A stretch of DNA of 64,000 nt from Lingula anatina (lineage: Eukaryota > Animalia > Brachiopoda): assembly GCA_051362555.1 (NCBI GenBank), contig CM120645.1:15376001-15440000 (forward strand). Direction: 5' to 3'. How positions within the stretch are numbered: position 1 is the stretch's first letter; each line of letters begins with the position of its first letter. Made by a program: the position numbers and the translations under genes. Of this stretch, positions 23,701 through 36,228 are shown one piece after another. The notes under the pieces were generated by a model. That model ran no database searches and had not been told where the DNA came from. It saw only the letters and a program-made list of their open reading frames with translations.

Positions 23701-26700
23701 TTTGGTGTGTTTTTGCTGTACTGTTTAGAGTAATTATAGTGATGTTGAAGGTGAATTCATGTGATTCTGTTTCACATGCTCAAATTTTTTCCAGAACACA
23801 AAGCAGATGATGATGGTATGGGTCTGGATATTTTCAGTCCTATGAAGCCAGGAGAGGTAAATACTTCAGCTGTTAGACAATCATTTCCCTGTATGTAAAG
23901 AACATTGTCAAGAAATATAAAAGCACAAATGACTATTATATTCTTTTTAGCCGTATACTTTGGGTAAATTTTGTAAAGTTTATGAGAAAGAGGTCTTTAT
24001 GGATTTCACTTAAGTCAGATTTTCTTTTCTATTACATTTTTATATCAAAGTTGGCTATAAAAATGTCTGATTTGAGGCATTTTGCAAGCACAGCCATCAC
24101 TTTTTAAGTAAGTTACCTGGCTTGACTTTTAAATGCACAATTCTGTATTGGTAGCTGGTCGGTTAAATTTAGTTTATGATATTTGCTTTTATCCCCCCAA
24201 ACACTTCTCTCTCACTCATCTAGTATCAGTATGAAGGAGACACAACACTGTTTGAAGATGAGGACACGAGAGCATTTTATGAGACACTGCCAGATCTGCG
24301 GGCGCTGATCCCAGGGGTAAGTTTGAACACTTGTGAGAGAGAGTGGTCATTGATACATAGTGGGCATTAGTGGAGATGAGCAGAGGATGGTACATTCAGA
24401 AGTAGTCGTGATTATTTGAGTTTTGACTTTCAGAAGTAAAGCGTTTAATTTTTCAAGATATTTTGAATGATTGGTTTGATACTGTTGTTTCATATACATG
24501 TGTGCCTTCATGTTTTCAGTAAATAGGAAAGTGTGCTTCATTTAGCTGTTTTTCAGTAATTTTGGTGTTGAAAAAAATGGCAATTTTAGTAGCAAAATCT
24601 ATGTACATTCTTATATACATTGATTTTTTTTCTGTACAGATTCTGTACAAGGACAGTGAACAAGCAGCTACAGCACCAGCTGAGGAAGAGTTAGGCCTAG
24701 AAGATGGTGAGTTGTGTATGATGTGATGTGTCTGAAACCAATGTACACATTTATGTACATTTACTATTGAGTTTATTAAGTCTTTTGCGATCTGTATCTT
24801 AGCAGAAAAGATAATTCATGTTTGTCATATGTGTACCAGAACAAAAAGGGAGTGAAAATAACTTGAAGAAAACATCATTGTTAATTTCACCTTGATTTAC
24901 TACCATGTATTGCTAATACAAAATATATGTTATTCTTGTTATGAAGATCTTGAAGCCCTCAACATAGAAGATGTAGAGAAAGAGCTGGAAGAGGAAGGAA
25001 AAAAACAGGAGAACAAGGATGGAAAGAAGGAAGGGGATAAAGAGGAGGAGATTGGAGTAGAGGAAATGATGGATGTGGAAGGTGGAGTGACTAAATTAAT
25101 TTCTATTTACTTCATAATAAAAGTCATTTTAGCTTTGAGTTCTAGAGATTGGTCATTGAAGGGGCAGCTGGGTTTGAGCTCTTTTAAACTGGAAAAATAA
25201 CAGTTGATAGGAACTAGGAAGTGAGTAATTTTGAAGCAAAATGCAATGGATATAAAAACTGAACGTATTGATTTTGAATGGAAAAAGGGATTTTTTAATA
25301 GGATTTTAATGTTAATTTTCAGATGATCATGATGAGGTTGATGCTGGGACCAAAAAGCTGATTTTGGATGGTTTTCTACAGAGTTTGCCGACATTAGTGA
25401 ACAGAGATCTCATAGACAAGGTATGTTTATGTTTTGTTTGAAATTTGCCATAATAATCTTTTGAATAATTATAAGTATTCAATTTTCTCTTACTGTTGCG
25501 GGATCTTGACATGTAGTTTTTATCATAGTGTACAAAATATGTATTATTTTTGTTTATAGAGTGACTGAGGCGGTAACTCAATAAATATAAAGACTTAAAG
25601 GAATAAGAACTACTGTATAAGTATTACTGATATGATGTGCTTAATTTTTTTTCCATCAGAGTGCAATGGACTTCTGCATGAATCTAAATACCAAAAACAA
25701 CAGAAAGAAGCTAGTCAGAGCCTTGTTTACAGTGCAGAGAACAAGGTAGGTGTCATCTGCCCATTTCCTGACAGTGTGAACTGCCAATTGAATTGACTTA
25801 AAACACCAAACTTACAGACAGCATAAAAGAAAATTTAATTTTCTTCCCATAAAAACAGTTCATATTCCATTATAATAGTCCGCAGCAGCATAGTTGTAAA
25901 TGTTAATTTTAATGGAAAAGGTGAATGGCACAAGATTTAGTGTCAGATTTAGGTATGATGTACCTAAATAGTTCGCAAGTATTTAAACATGCACATTATA
26001 CCTGAGTTTGCATATCAATGAAAAGATGAGAAAATGTGAGATATTTACAAAAGCAGGGATGCCAGTCTTCAATAATATCAGTGATGTTATTTTTATTCAC
26101 ACAGGTATGATCTCTTGCCATTCTATTCCCGTCTGGTGGCAGTGCTGCATCCCTGTATGCCAGATGTTGCCACTGATTTGGCTACCTTCCTGAAGGGAGA
26201 TTTCAAGTGGCATGTCAGGAAAAAGGATCAAATCAACATTGAGTCCAAGCTGAAGACTATTAGGTTTATTGGTAGGTAATAACAGCAGTACTAGCAAATT
26301 ATTGTTATTATACAGATAAGCTTTGTAGCATATATATATATATATATATTACAGAAGAACATTAACTGGATATTTCACTGCATATGATGAGTAGATCCAT
26401 TGGCAGGATATCCAGATGCTCAATCACTTCTGGTTGATATGAAAAAAAAAACATTTTTTTAACTAAATAATTCTTTAGTGAAATTGCATTTGGTGGACTA
26501 TTTTGAAGTAGAAATGTTCAGCACAGAATGTGTTAGGATGCAGTAGTTCTCTGCATTTCAGGACAGTAAAGAACACATTTGATCAGGCAGTTAAATGGAG
26601 AAAATTAAAAATTGAGGTTGTCAAAAAGACATGGTTTAGATAAAATTTATAGACTCTTTTTACTGATACATAAACTTTTTAAATGAAATTTCAGGGGAGT

Positions 26701-27224
26701 TGGTGAAATTCAAAATGTTTTCCAAGGCAGAGGCACTTCACTGTTTGAAGGTGGGGTGGTTTTTCTATCAGCTAACTTTTATATGGAAAAATAGATTTGT
26801 TATAAAATTTTGGGATTTTTTTTGTCTCCAGAAATCCCAGGAAAGAGAAATGGTATGAAAAATAGCATAGAATTCAGAGAAAATAAATACAATAAAATTA
26901 GAAATAAAGATAAAAAGTGGAGAGTACAAAATGACACTCTACTTGAACACTCTTAGATCTCTTCCAATTGAAACTAAGTAGCAGCAAGGTGTGCCCAGTG
27001 AAATATTTTTAAAAAAGGTTGTGCCCAAGATAACTTATCATCCCCACTGTTTCAGATGCTGCTGTTTGACTTCAGCCATCATAATATAGAGATGGCCTGT
27101 GCCTTACTGGACACATGTGGACGCTACTTATACAGGTCTCCAGACTCTCACCACAGGACCAAAGTCTACCTTGTAAGGGATTGTCTGGAGACTTAGATAC
27201 TCTGATCTGAAAACATGTTGAATG

Positions 27225-27265
<41 letters not shown>

Positions 27266-30200
27266 GGTGGATGATACTATTTGTTCTTCTTTGTTACCTT
27301 TGGAAGGTTTTATTTTTATTGTCATTTTATGTGAAATTTTGGACTGTCAGAAGCAAAAAAATTAGTAAATGGGTCAGCATGGATCTTTGTACAAAATAAG
27401 TAATGGATTATTTTATTGAAATAAAATAAAAACAAAGTTTTCATAGGTCTGTTTTTGAAAGATAAAGAAAATTAAGATATAACAGACCCTCGGTATAATT
27501 CGCAATGTAATATGTGATGCAGGATGTGATGATGAGGAAGAAGACAGCCCTGACCATGGATAGCAGGTACACCACCATGATAGAGAATGCCTACTACTAT
27601 AGCAATCCTCCAGATCTGCCCCAGATGGTGCGTGCAGAGAGGCCGGCCTGGCAGGAGTACATTAGGAAGCTGTTGTACAAGGACCTGTCTAAGACCACCA
27701 CAGAGAAAGTGTTGAGGCAGGCCAGGAAGCTGAATTGGGATGACCCTGAGGTAAAGGATGGAGAGAGAGAGAGAGTGTAAAGGGGGGAGAGGCTGAAGTG
27801 GGATGACCCTGAAGTAGAGCAAGGAGGGGTGTGAAGAGGTTAACAGTACAATTTATGTACTTTGCATGTATTGGAGTCTACAGCAAAATTGTCATGTTGA
27901 CAGTTAAGTAGAAATTATTGGAAAATGTGCTTGCATAACAATTTAGCCAGTGTAGACGCATAACCAGTCAATATGAATAATGAAATAATGCAGTAATGTG
28001 ATATGATATTTTCCAGGTGTCCTCCTACATGACCAAATGTATCATCCATGTGTGGAACATGCGCTATAACAACATCCACTGTGCAGCTAACCTGCTAGCA
28101 GGACTGGCTCCCTACCATGTAAGCTGGACTGAAATAGATAGATATTTTCTAGAGAGATTTATGATTTGTCATATTGCCATTGGATAAATTGTACTTTTAT
28201 AACATTACTATGTATGAAATGAGTATAGGCAAGATGGAGATATAGTTCAGTCAAATTCTGTTTAAAAAAAAAAGGAAAATTGAAATACAGTTCATCAGAA
28301 TCCTGTTTAGTAAAACTTGAGTTACTATGTAGTTTCTTCAAAACAACAGCAACACTTGGGTTAAAGGTATTCCTTTTCTAATATGACTTTGTCTGTCATG
28401 AAAATTTCTTCAGTGAATGAGGCTTCATTGAATATACTACGATGATCATATAATGAAAGTCTCTACTGGATATTTCAGGAGGAGGTAGCAATCCATGTAG
28501 TGGATGGTGTGTTAGAAGACATCAGGATTGGCATGGAGGTGAGCATTTCCACGTGACCCTGGTTTGTTTTACGCTCATGATGCAGATAGATTAAAATGTG
28601 TCACATTGGTAATTGGTTTTAATCATGATTAGCTGACAGAGGAAGATTTCTTTTGAAATACTGATGCTGGAGATGAAGAGAAGAGAAGAGTAGAGTTGTG
28701 TTGAATCGAGCCGAATCGAAAGGGAGAATGACTAAATAGAAATATAAATGAAGATATTAATAGGCTGGCATTTAAATAACAAATAAGTAAAAACATGAAT
28801 GAATTGACAAATGAACTAATTATATGTATTAATATAGAAGTATTATAGTAATAACACCTGTCCCTTCCTAGATCAATCACCCTAAGTTCAACCAGCGTCG
28901 TGTTAGTATGGTGAAGTTCCTGGGAGAGCTGTACAACTACCGCATGGTGGAGTCTGCTGTCATCTTTAAAACTCTCTACACCTTCATCACTTTTGCTGTC
29001 TTGCTTGAGGGTGAGTTAGAGCAGGGTGTGAAAGTCTCACCTCAGGAACACTTAAGAACATGTTGTCATTGTTGGCATAAGATTGTGTGAAGTAGGTAGA
29101 ATTAGATGATATTTCATGAAAAGAATGTTTTATTGTTGGCATGAAATCAGGCAAAGTAGATAAACTAAGATGCTATTTCTCAAAAGATTTCCCATTGTTT
29201 AGAGTTAACTTGTTAACAGATTTATTTGTTGTATTGTGTTGAGTAAGTTTTCACAAAAATTAGTCTCATATTAACAAACTCGATGTTTGATAATTTTTGT
29301 GTGCAACTTTGATTTGAATAGTGATGTCAACCAATCACCAAGCAACACCTGATAACTATCCTGGCATCACATTATTCTCAACAGTATCTTGTAAGATGTT
29401 ACTCAATACTCGTACCTTTGGTCATCTATTTACAGCTAATGCCCCAAACATCCTTGACCAGCCAGAGCATCTGTTCCGTGTTCGCTTGGTCTGTGTGCTG
29501 TTGGACGTATGTGGTCAGTACTTTGACCGAGGGTCAAGCAAGAAAAAGATGGACTGCTTCCTGGTTTACTTCCAGGTCAGTATTCAGTGTGGCATCTACT
29601 GCCAGACTTACTGTTTGTTGGTTTTGTTGAAAGTGTGGTGCACATTTTAACCCAATGTTAAGTTGCTTGTAATTAAGGGTAAAAAGTGAGTACATTTTTT
29701 ATACACACTGGCACGCATGCAGGCATTCTCGCGCGCTCACACACACCACACCACACCACAATTCTTACATGCATAAAAAAGCTGATTTAATAGTATTTAT
29801 GGGCACAAGCTTATTAACACTCCTTCCCCTCACACTTACATGCATAGAAAGGCTGAATTCTGTACCAATTTTGGACTCAATCATATACACACATACTTTC
29901 ATACACATACACACATGCATATATTTATACATATACACTATTCTTATATGCCAAGCTCAATTCTTCCTATGTATCTTGCAGAGGTACTACTGGTTTAAGC
30001 GCCAGGCCAGCATCTGGACAGAGGAGCGTCCATTCCCCATGGACATAGAGTACCTGTACAGAGACACCTTGGAGAGCCTGAGACCCAAACTACAGCTGTG
30101 TACCAGCTTTGAGGAGGCACAGAAGGCAGTGGATGAATTGGAGAAAGAGATCAGGGAGAAACTGGGTGAGTGAATGGTGGAAGATATGTTTGCTTTTGTA

Positions 30201-33200
30201 TAGGAAATGCAATGTGTGTTTCAGAATCTCCAAAGTTGAATATTTACGCATCAGATTTGCCTATAATATATAGATACAAACAACTTATTATCAATGCTTA
30301 ATTGTGCATTGATGATGCCAAAGCTTCTTAAATATATTTAATGAATGTTTAGTTTGTGACAGCTCAAGCACACAGCTGGCATCATTTCATGAAAAAATGA
30401 AAAATAACTTGCGGAACAGACATGAAGATGGAGACAAATTTGATAAAACCACATGATTCTTCACACTTCATTACTTTAAGATAACCAGTCAAGTTCAACT
30501 TTACTCCTTCATTTCAGCATCCATATTGCCCATACAAGATACTGATGAGCAGACAGAAAGTGAGACTGAAGACAGAGTCCTGCACTCTATTAAAGAGGCT
30601 GATGAATCTGGTACGAATAAGCACACTCAGTTTTTAAGTAAATATACTGTAAATGCAATCATATACTGCTTTGCAGGGGCGGATTCAGGGCGTCTTCTGG
30701 GTCTTCCGGAAGACGGTCAGACTTTCAAGTTTACATTCACGGGTATCTAATTTTTTCTGTCGGAAGACGGTCAAAAATGAAGAATGGAGCAACAAAGATA
30801 ATTTGGAAGACTGTCAGAAAATATCTCTGAATCCGCTCCTGCTTTGAATAGTTATTTCTGATACAATAATACACCAAATAAGGAATTTCTTCAGTTTTAA
30901 CCACTCTGTGATTGAGATATTTTCTTTGATCAACAGGTTAAATCAGCTATTGTTCTCCAAAATTTCACCTAGTGTCTCACTATACTAACATGATAATTAT
31001 ATCAATATGAATAGCAAAAAAATATTTCATGTTGATATCGGTATTGATCTATCAATGTCAAAGAAACATTTACATCAGAAATGATATTAATATATCAAAG
31101 AAATGTTCAATATTGCTATAAATATTGTCATATCAAAGAAATATTCAATATTGTTATCAGTATTGATAGATCAATATTGATATGAAATAAAACCCCATAT
31201 ATTCTCCATTGCTGTCCCCAGTTGAGGAGCTAAGCCTGAGTCTGTCCCAGGCCAGGCTTGGAGAGGACTACAGCAGTACTGCTGAGAGTGAAGAGGACAG
31301 GACACCCGCTGGCCACATCAGCCAGAGTCAGGAGGAGAGTGAGGGGGAGACGGGAGAAGCGGGAGAGACGGGAGAGGAGGAGATCATGGAGTCTGCTGGG
31401 GAGATGGACCAAGAGGATGAGGTCCACTTCATCAGGACGGGGGAGGACAAAACTGTCAAGTGCCAGGAGGACGATGACTTCATGACTGAGCTGGACAAGA
31501 TGATTGCTGATACTGTACAGGTAGTGGTCATTAGAATTAACATGGGTCACATGGGGTCTGGGGTGGTCGGAAGATGGTGGTCGATGGTGAAGATAGCTGA
31601 TACTGTATCTGTAGTGGTAAAGAATGAGCTCTAGTCAGTTGGATTTTTGGGCAGGCAGAAGATGAAGGTGCTCAGTGGCAGTGGTGTTGGTGAGGAATGG
31701 TGTGTATTTCGATATGATATAGTCAACTGTTTGTTTAGGGGGTGGCGGGAAGGGGGAAAAGACTGGTCACCTGCAGTCAGTCTGTATGTGAAGGGATGAA
31801 AAATTCTAAACCTGAATAAAGAGCATGTAAAGAGCAGGATGAGTAAATGCTTCTACATAAAAGGTTATCAGATTGCTCTTTCAAATTACACGGTTTATAC
31901 AGCCTATGAATTGGGATAGATTGAATTAGATATATACTTAAACAGTTAAAACTTGGCTCCAGGCTAGATCCAAGGAATCTGTGAAGGTGCCCACCCTGGA
32001 CATAGCTGTCCCCATGCACCTGAAGGGTCAGACACGAGGCAAGTGGGGGCCTGGGGTCTCCACCATGGATGAGTCTTCTGGGACCATCAACTTTACACTC
32101 ATGACCAAGAAAGGCAATAAACAACAGGTGAGAGATGATGAAGTTTCTGTATTTAATTTGCCATGGCACTTGATTTGCTATTGTAAGTACTGATGGAATT
32201 TTATTTATGCCCAAAAATATTTCAATTTAGAGGCTTTCTGTAGAAAATGTTGTTGTTATTGAATTGTAGTTGTTTATTTATTTTCTGCTGCCATTCATAC
32301 TCTGTGAAGCATTTTAGTAAATAATGAACTTGTTATTTATTTCTTGTGAAAGGTACAGTGATAAAGATGGTGCAGGCAATGGGAAGAATTTTGTTGGTGT
32401 TTAATTATAGGTCATATTTAATGAATGCACGGTACTGCAAATTGTGATCCTTTGTCATTCCCGAAGAAACATCTTTGATATAAATATAGGGATGAAAATA
32501 TCCAATTTTTTTTTTTTTTTAAAGGTTGGGATGTTTCCTTTTTTCAGCATTGGTTCATTTTTTTTAAATATTGAAAGTTAGTTTTATATTGATAAATAAA
32601 ACACTTACATTTTGACTCTTCTAGTTTGCCTCCTTGCATGTGCCAATATCGGCAGAACTGGCAGCAAAGTTCAAGGAGAGAGAGCAGGCTGAGAGAGCAG
32701 AGAAAGAGAAGCTGAAACAGATGACCTTAGATATACAGGAAAGACAGGAAGACGAGGAGTATCAAGGTAAAGGAGAAAAAGATGCCATAACTTATACAAG
32801 ATGTGACTGGGTGAAGTTCAAATTTTGTAGGATGTTTGTTTGAATTATAGAACAAAATGGGTTATAATTACCAGTTTACCAGAGACTTTTTTCACTTTTA
32901 TTGCTATGTTCTGAGTTGTTACAACAGAATTGTGATGCTCTCTGTTGGATTGCTATTTTGTTTGTTGCTTTGATCAGTATTAGTGACTCCTTTCATATTG
33001 TTATTATAAAATAGTTATTTTTTTGGTTGTAATACCAGAAAAGTGAAAGATACAGATAGTGCAAAAGCAGATATGTATTCTTAAAATGCCGTAATACTTT
33101 TAATCTAACAATGAAAATCATACAGAAAGCATTTCTTTTATTACAGAAATGATGGTGAACATGAATCGTACAGTCATGCCACCAAACACGAACCGTGAGC

Positions 33201-33349
33201 GCCGTGTGAGGTACCAGCACCCCAAGGGCGCCCCTGATGCAGACCTGATCTTTGGTACCAAGTAAGCCCCAAGGCAACCTGCCAATTATAGCAGTGTAAG
33301 AATGCTTGCATGAGTTTATGCACTTTTTATTGTTTGCCTGTTGTTGTTG

Positions 33350-33390
<41 letters not shown>

Positions 33391-34417
33391 TATGATTAAT
33401 TTATATATATATATTATATAGACAGCATTCAACAGTGTTGAAATTTTGCATGCTTATAACTATTATTTATTGCAATGTTTATTATTTTTATTCTGTGGCT
33501 CTAAAATTTCTTACGCCCTAACTTGGCCAAAGAAAAGTTAATATTCAGTGTATACGGCAAACAAAAAAAAAAAAAAAACCTGGACAAATAGGTCATTCAT
33601 AGTAATCACAAGTGTTAATTGTTAGTGGTTCATTTGCACTATTGGTATGGCAGCCATACCCTGAGGTTCAGGTCCCCAGGGTACCAGCTTCTTCATTTTC
33701 ACATCACCATATGTGCCTGATAGAATTTTACCTTCAGCAGGGTGTTTGATTTCAGTTTTACTTTGTTGAGCACAAATGCCCCTTTTGGTCATCTGGTTCT
33801 TTTATCAATGAAAATGTTGTGTAACAGTTAAAAGACATGTGATTGGTGTAGTAAACTTCACTTAAACATAGTGAAGTTCAGATTTATGGAGATTTAAAAA
33901 TGCAGAAGCTTAGTCTGTGCTGAAACTTTGGCTTTATTTTTGTTAGTACATCACAATTATTCATATATTGGTATGTGGCTTTAGTATTCAGTATTAGTGG
34001 GTATATAGAGGTATGTCTGCTTGTAACATGGATATATTGTGTTGGTGGAAGAATGAGGCGAAATTTGTAGAAGAGATGTAAATTAGAACTGGAAGACTGA
34101 CATTTTTTAAATATGCACTCAAATTAAAATACTGATATAATTGTAATTGTCTTTAATTTTTTTGAAATGAAAATTGTTATTTAAGAAACAAATAAAGAGA
34201 CACATTACAAATATAATATCCTGGGCACTATGTGCAACATAGATACATTCATAGGCTCTTATCTGTAAAGAAAGATTGGATAATTTCATGAAACATTTGG
34301 ATATATAAAAAAAAGGGTAATTTTCTGCAGATCATAAGTTGTGTCATATCTGATTCAGTAAATATATGAAAAAAAAAAATCATTGTCTTAAATTGTTCCT
34401 GTTTCAGGAAGCGCTGA
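15149..34417 (+). CDS. UPF2: Regulator of nonsense transcripts 2 (UPF2), ~1519 aa, 36 coding exons
   Basis: Exons: 15149-15355, 15779-15901, 16820-16950, 17409-17507, 17801-18158, 19029-19148, 19359-19403, 19706-19790, 20288-20364, 20566-20646, 21194-21343, 21779-21996, 22761-22935, 23194-23286, 23539-23578, 23795-23856, 24224-24316, 24640-24706, 24947-25081, 25323-25420, 25660-25745, 26105-26271, 26695-26750, 27056-27172, 27523-27750, 28017-28118, 28479-28538, 28872-29010, 29436-29575, 29982-30165, 30518-30610, 31222-31520, 31963-32127, 32625-32766, 33147-33261, 34408-34417. All are GT-AG and phase-compatible. Hallmarks: [79 protein letters not shown]. The five most N-terminal exons are less certain. 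Confidence 0.95.
15933..16156. mobile_element. MITE family C, PIF/Harbinger-like (long ~65 bp TIRs, TAT TSD)
   Basis: GGCTTCGTTCACATGAAAAATCTATTTTCTAAAAATCTATTTTCTATTCG is mirrored at the right end; TAT on both flanks. Confidence 0.85.
17178..17346 (+). mobile_element. MITE family A, copy 2
   Basis: CAGGGGCGGAT...ATCTGCCCCTG with TSD CAACT. Confidence 0.9.
18245..18969 (+). mobile_element. 5'-truncated non-LTR retrotransposon (L2/CR1-group ORF2 C-terminus, 3' UTR and (TTA)n tail)
   Basis: ORF to 18751 reads [73 protein letters not shown] is followed by TTA repeats; possible TSD TTATCCT at 18238-18244 and 18970-18976. Confidence 0.88.
20966..21045 (+). mobile_element. Fragment of HINE/Helentron-derived repeat (terminal hairpin plus tetranucleotide microsatellite)
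   Basis: TTATTACCTCCGCCAAGGAGG...TTTTCACCCCTG followed by (TTTG)n(TCTG)n; a degenerate reverse relative lies near 61400-61520. Confidence 0.55.
22078..22243 (+). mobile_element. MITE family A, copy 3
   Basis: CAGGGGCGGAT...ATCTGCCCCTG with TSD ATTAA. Confidence 0.9.
22440..22654 (+). mobile_element. MITE family B, PIF/Harbinger-like, copy 1
   Basis: GACCCCATTCCCACAGATTT...AAATCTCTGGGAGTGCACTC; close reverse-complement copies at 54366 and 55492. Confidence 0.88.
30674..30841 (+). mobile_element. MITE family A, copy 4
   Basis: CAGGGGCGGATTCAG...CTGAATCCGCTCCTG with TSD CTTTG. Confidence 0.9.
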
Positions 34418-34796
34418 TTTGCCAGGAGCTGTGTTGTCTGCGGTAGACAGTTGCTATGGAGAGACATGCCCACATTACACACTGTGCTGGGAAAACTGTC
34501 GTTGAGGTCAGCCATATTGAACAGGGACAGTTCTATCTTTCACTGGAAATCGGAAAGTCTGACAACATTGCATAGGACAGAGGATGCATACAAGTAGCAT
34601 TAAGGACCAGTTGGAAAAATAACATCTTTGGAAGTGAAAAACAAGGGACTGCATTGTTTTTTTAAGGTTATAAAAAGAGTTAGTTTTGTTATTATTTAAT
34701 TCTTGAAGAAAACATCATTGATTTGTGGAACAGACAATTTTTAGTACAGTTTCCAGAACCTGGTTATTTTCTCAGAGATTTTTGGATAAAGTCCTT

Positions 34797-34839
<43 letters not shown>

Positions 34840-36222
34840 TGGTAATGATAAAATTAGAATTTGCATCAAAATGCATATGCTGAGCTGAAATCTTAAGATA
34901 AAAGAATTAATAATTGTAATTGCGGTAGATGAGCAGTTTGAATGCACTTAAGTCGGCAGCATTAATTGCATTTGGTGATCTCTGGTGACTTGATGGGCTT
35001 TGGCCATTGCATTTAAAATGAAACATCAGCAAATTGACCAAGCCTTAGAAGGAAGCTCATAAACTAAATGTAGACAAGAGGAGAAAGTGTTTGAAAAGAT
35101 TTTTTTTTTAATTAAGAACATGCGACAAACTGCATGGGGGCTGGTGTCCCCCCCACATCCCCCTCCAGTTTTGGCCTTGGAACCATGAATTGACTTATGA
35201 AAAAGACACTTTTATTTGGAATTTAATATTATGGCAGCTTTTTTTCATCAGGGGCAAAGCTTTGTTTACTATTTGTTGTTTACATTAATGTCAGTCTATT
35301 TTCATACTAGTAAAGAACATGTTTTCTGTTGTTTTTTACATGGTGTCACATGTTTAGAAGTACACTTTATAGATAACACTTCAACTGAAAACTAGAAAAA
35401 AAAGAAAGATTTTTTTGATTCTTAAAATGATTGTAAAATTGTAATCTATGGCTCCTGTTAGTTATGTTATTTAGCAGACTAGCATCTCCTTCTCACTCAC
35501 ATTTCAGTGGTAGAATAATTTTGTCTTTGAGCCTTAGTTAAAAAATGCCTAGCTGCTTTGGTATTTTATTGCTGTTTTGTTGCTTTTATTTTTTAATTCT
35601 TTTCAGCTAGTTGAATGTCATTTTGCTTTGTTGGGTTCGTATCACGAAGCCGAAGCTTATCATTATATCATATAATGACGACCTACAGTTGAATACATGA
35701 CATTTGCTTTAGTGCCAAATGAAAGATGTGAAAAAGAGAAAATAAGGAAAAGACTTTCAAAAGGTCTGTCCTTTTCCCTGTCAATGAACTGTGGTGTGCT
35801 TTTCTGTCACCAAGTTGATTATAGACTGGAGATAAGTACGATTTTTAAATGGCACTTCTTCAGTTGAAATATGCGCATTTTGGGTGTTAAAGTGGTAGAA
35901 GATCTTATGAAGATTGAATTAAAATTAGTAGTTAGCATCACTGTGCACAATGAAATCTAATGCTAAAATGGATTTAAAAATGAATAGATATATGGGATGT
36001 AAGTGTAGAATCTAGAAACCTCTCATTTTAGGTCGGACGCCTGTACGTGTTAAGGCATGAAAACGGTAACCTTGTGTTTTCTTCGATTATCTTCTTTTTC
36101 ATGGAATTAGGCGTCTTGTGAAAGATGGTCAGTAGGCTTGGATGAAGCCTTGTTGTATTGATGGGTTTTATTTGTGACGTTCGTGACATTTTAAAAAACC
36201 TGCGCTCTTCATCTTCTGAAGC

Positions 36223-36228
36223 AATAAA
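36223..36228 (+). terminator. Candidate distal polyadenylation signal of UPF2
   Basis: AATAAA at the end of a ~1.8 kb T/GT-rich segment after the stop at 34417; a proximal AATAAA lies at 34191-34196. Confidence 0.5.

Noticed and set aside
31230-31550. Antisense and alternative-frame ORFs over UPF2, kelch and Wnt2 exons
   Set aside because: Shadow frames of real coding exons with no independent motifs.
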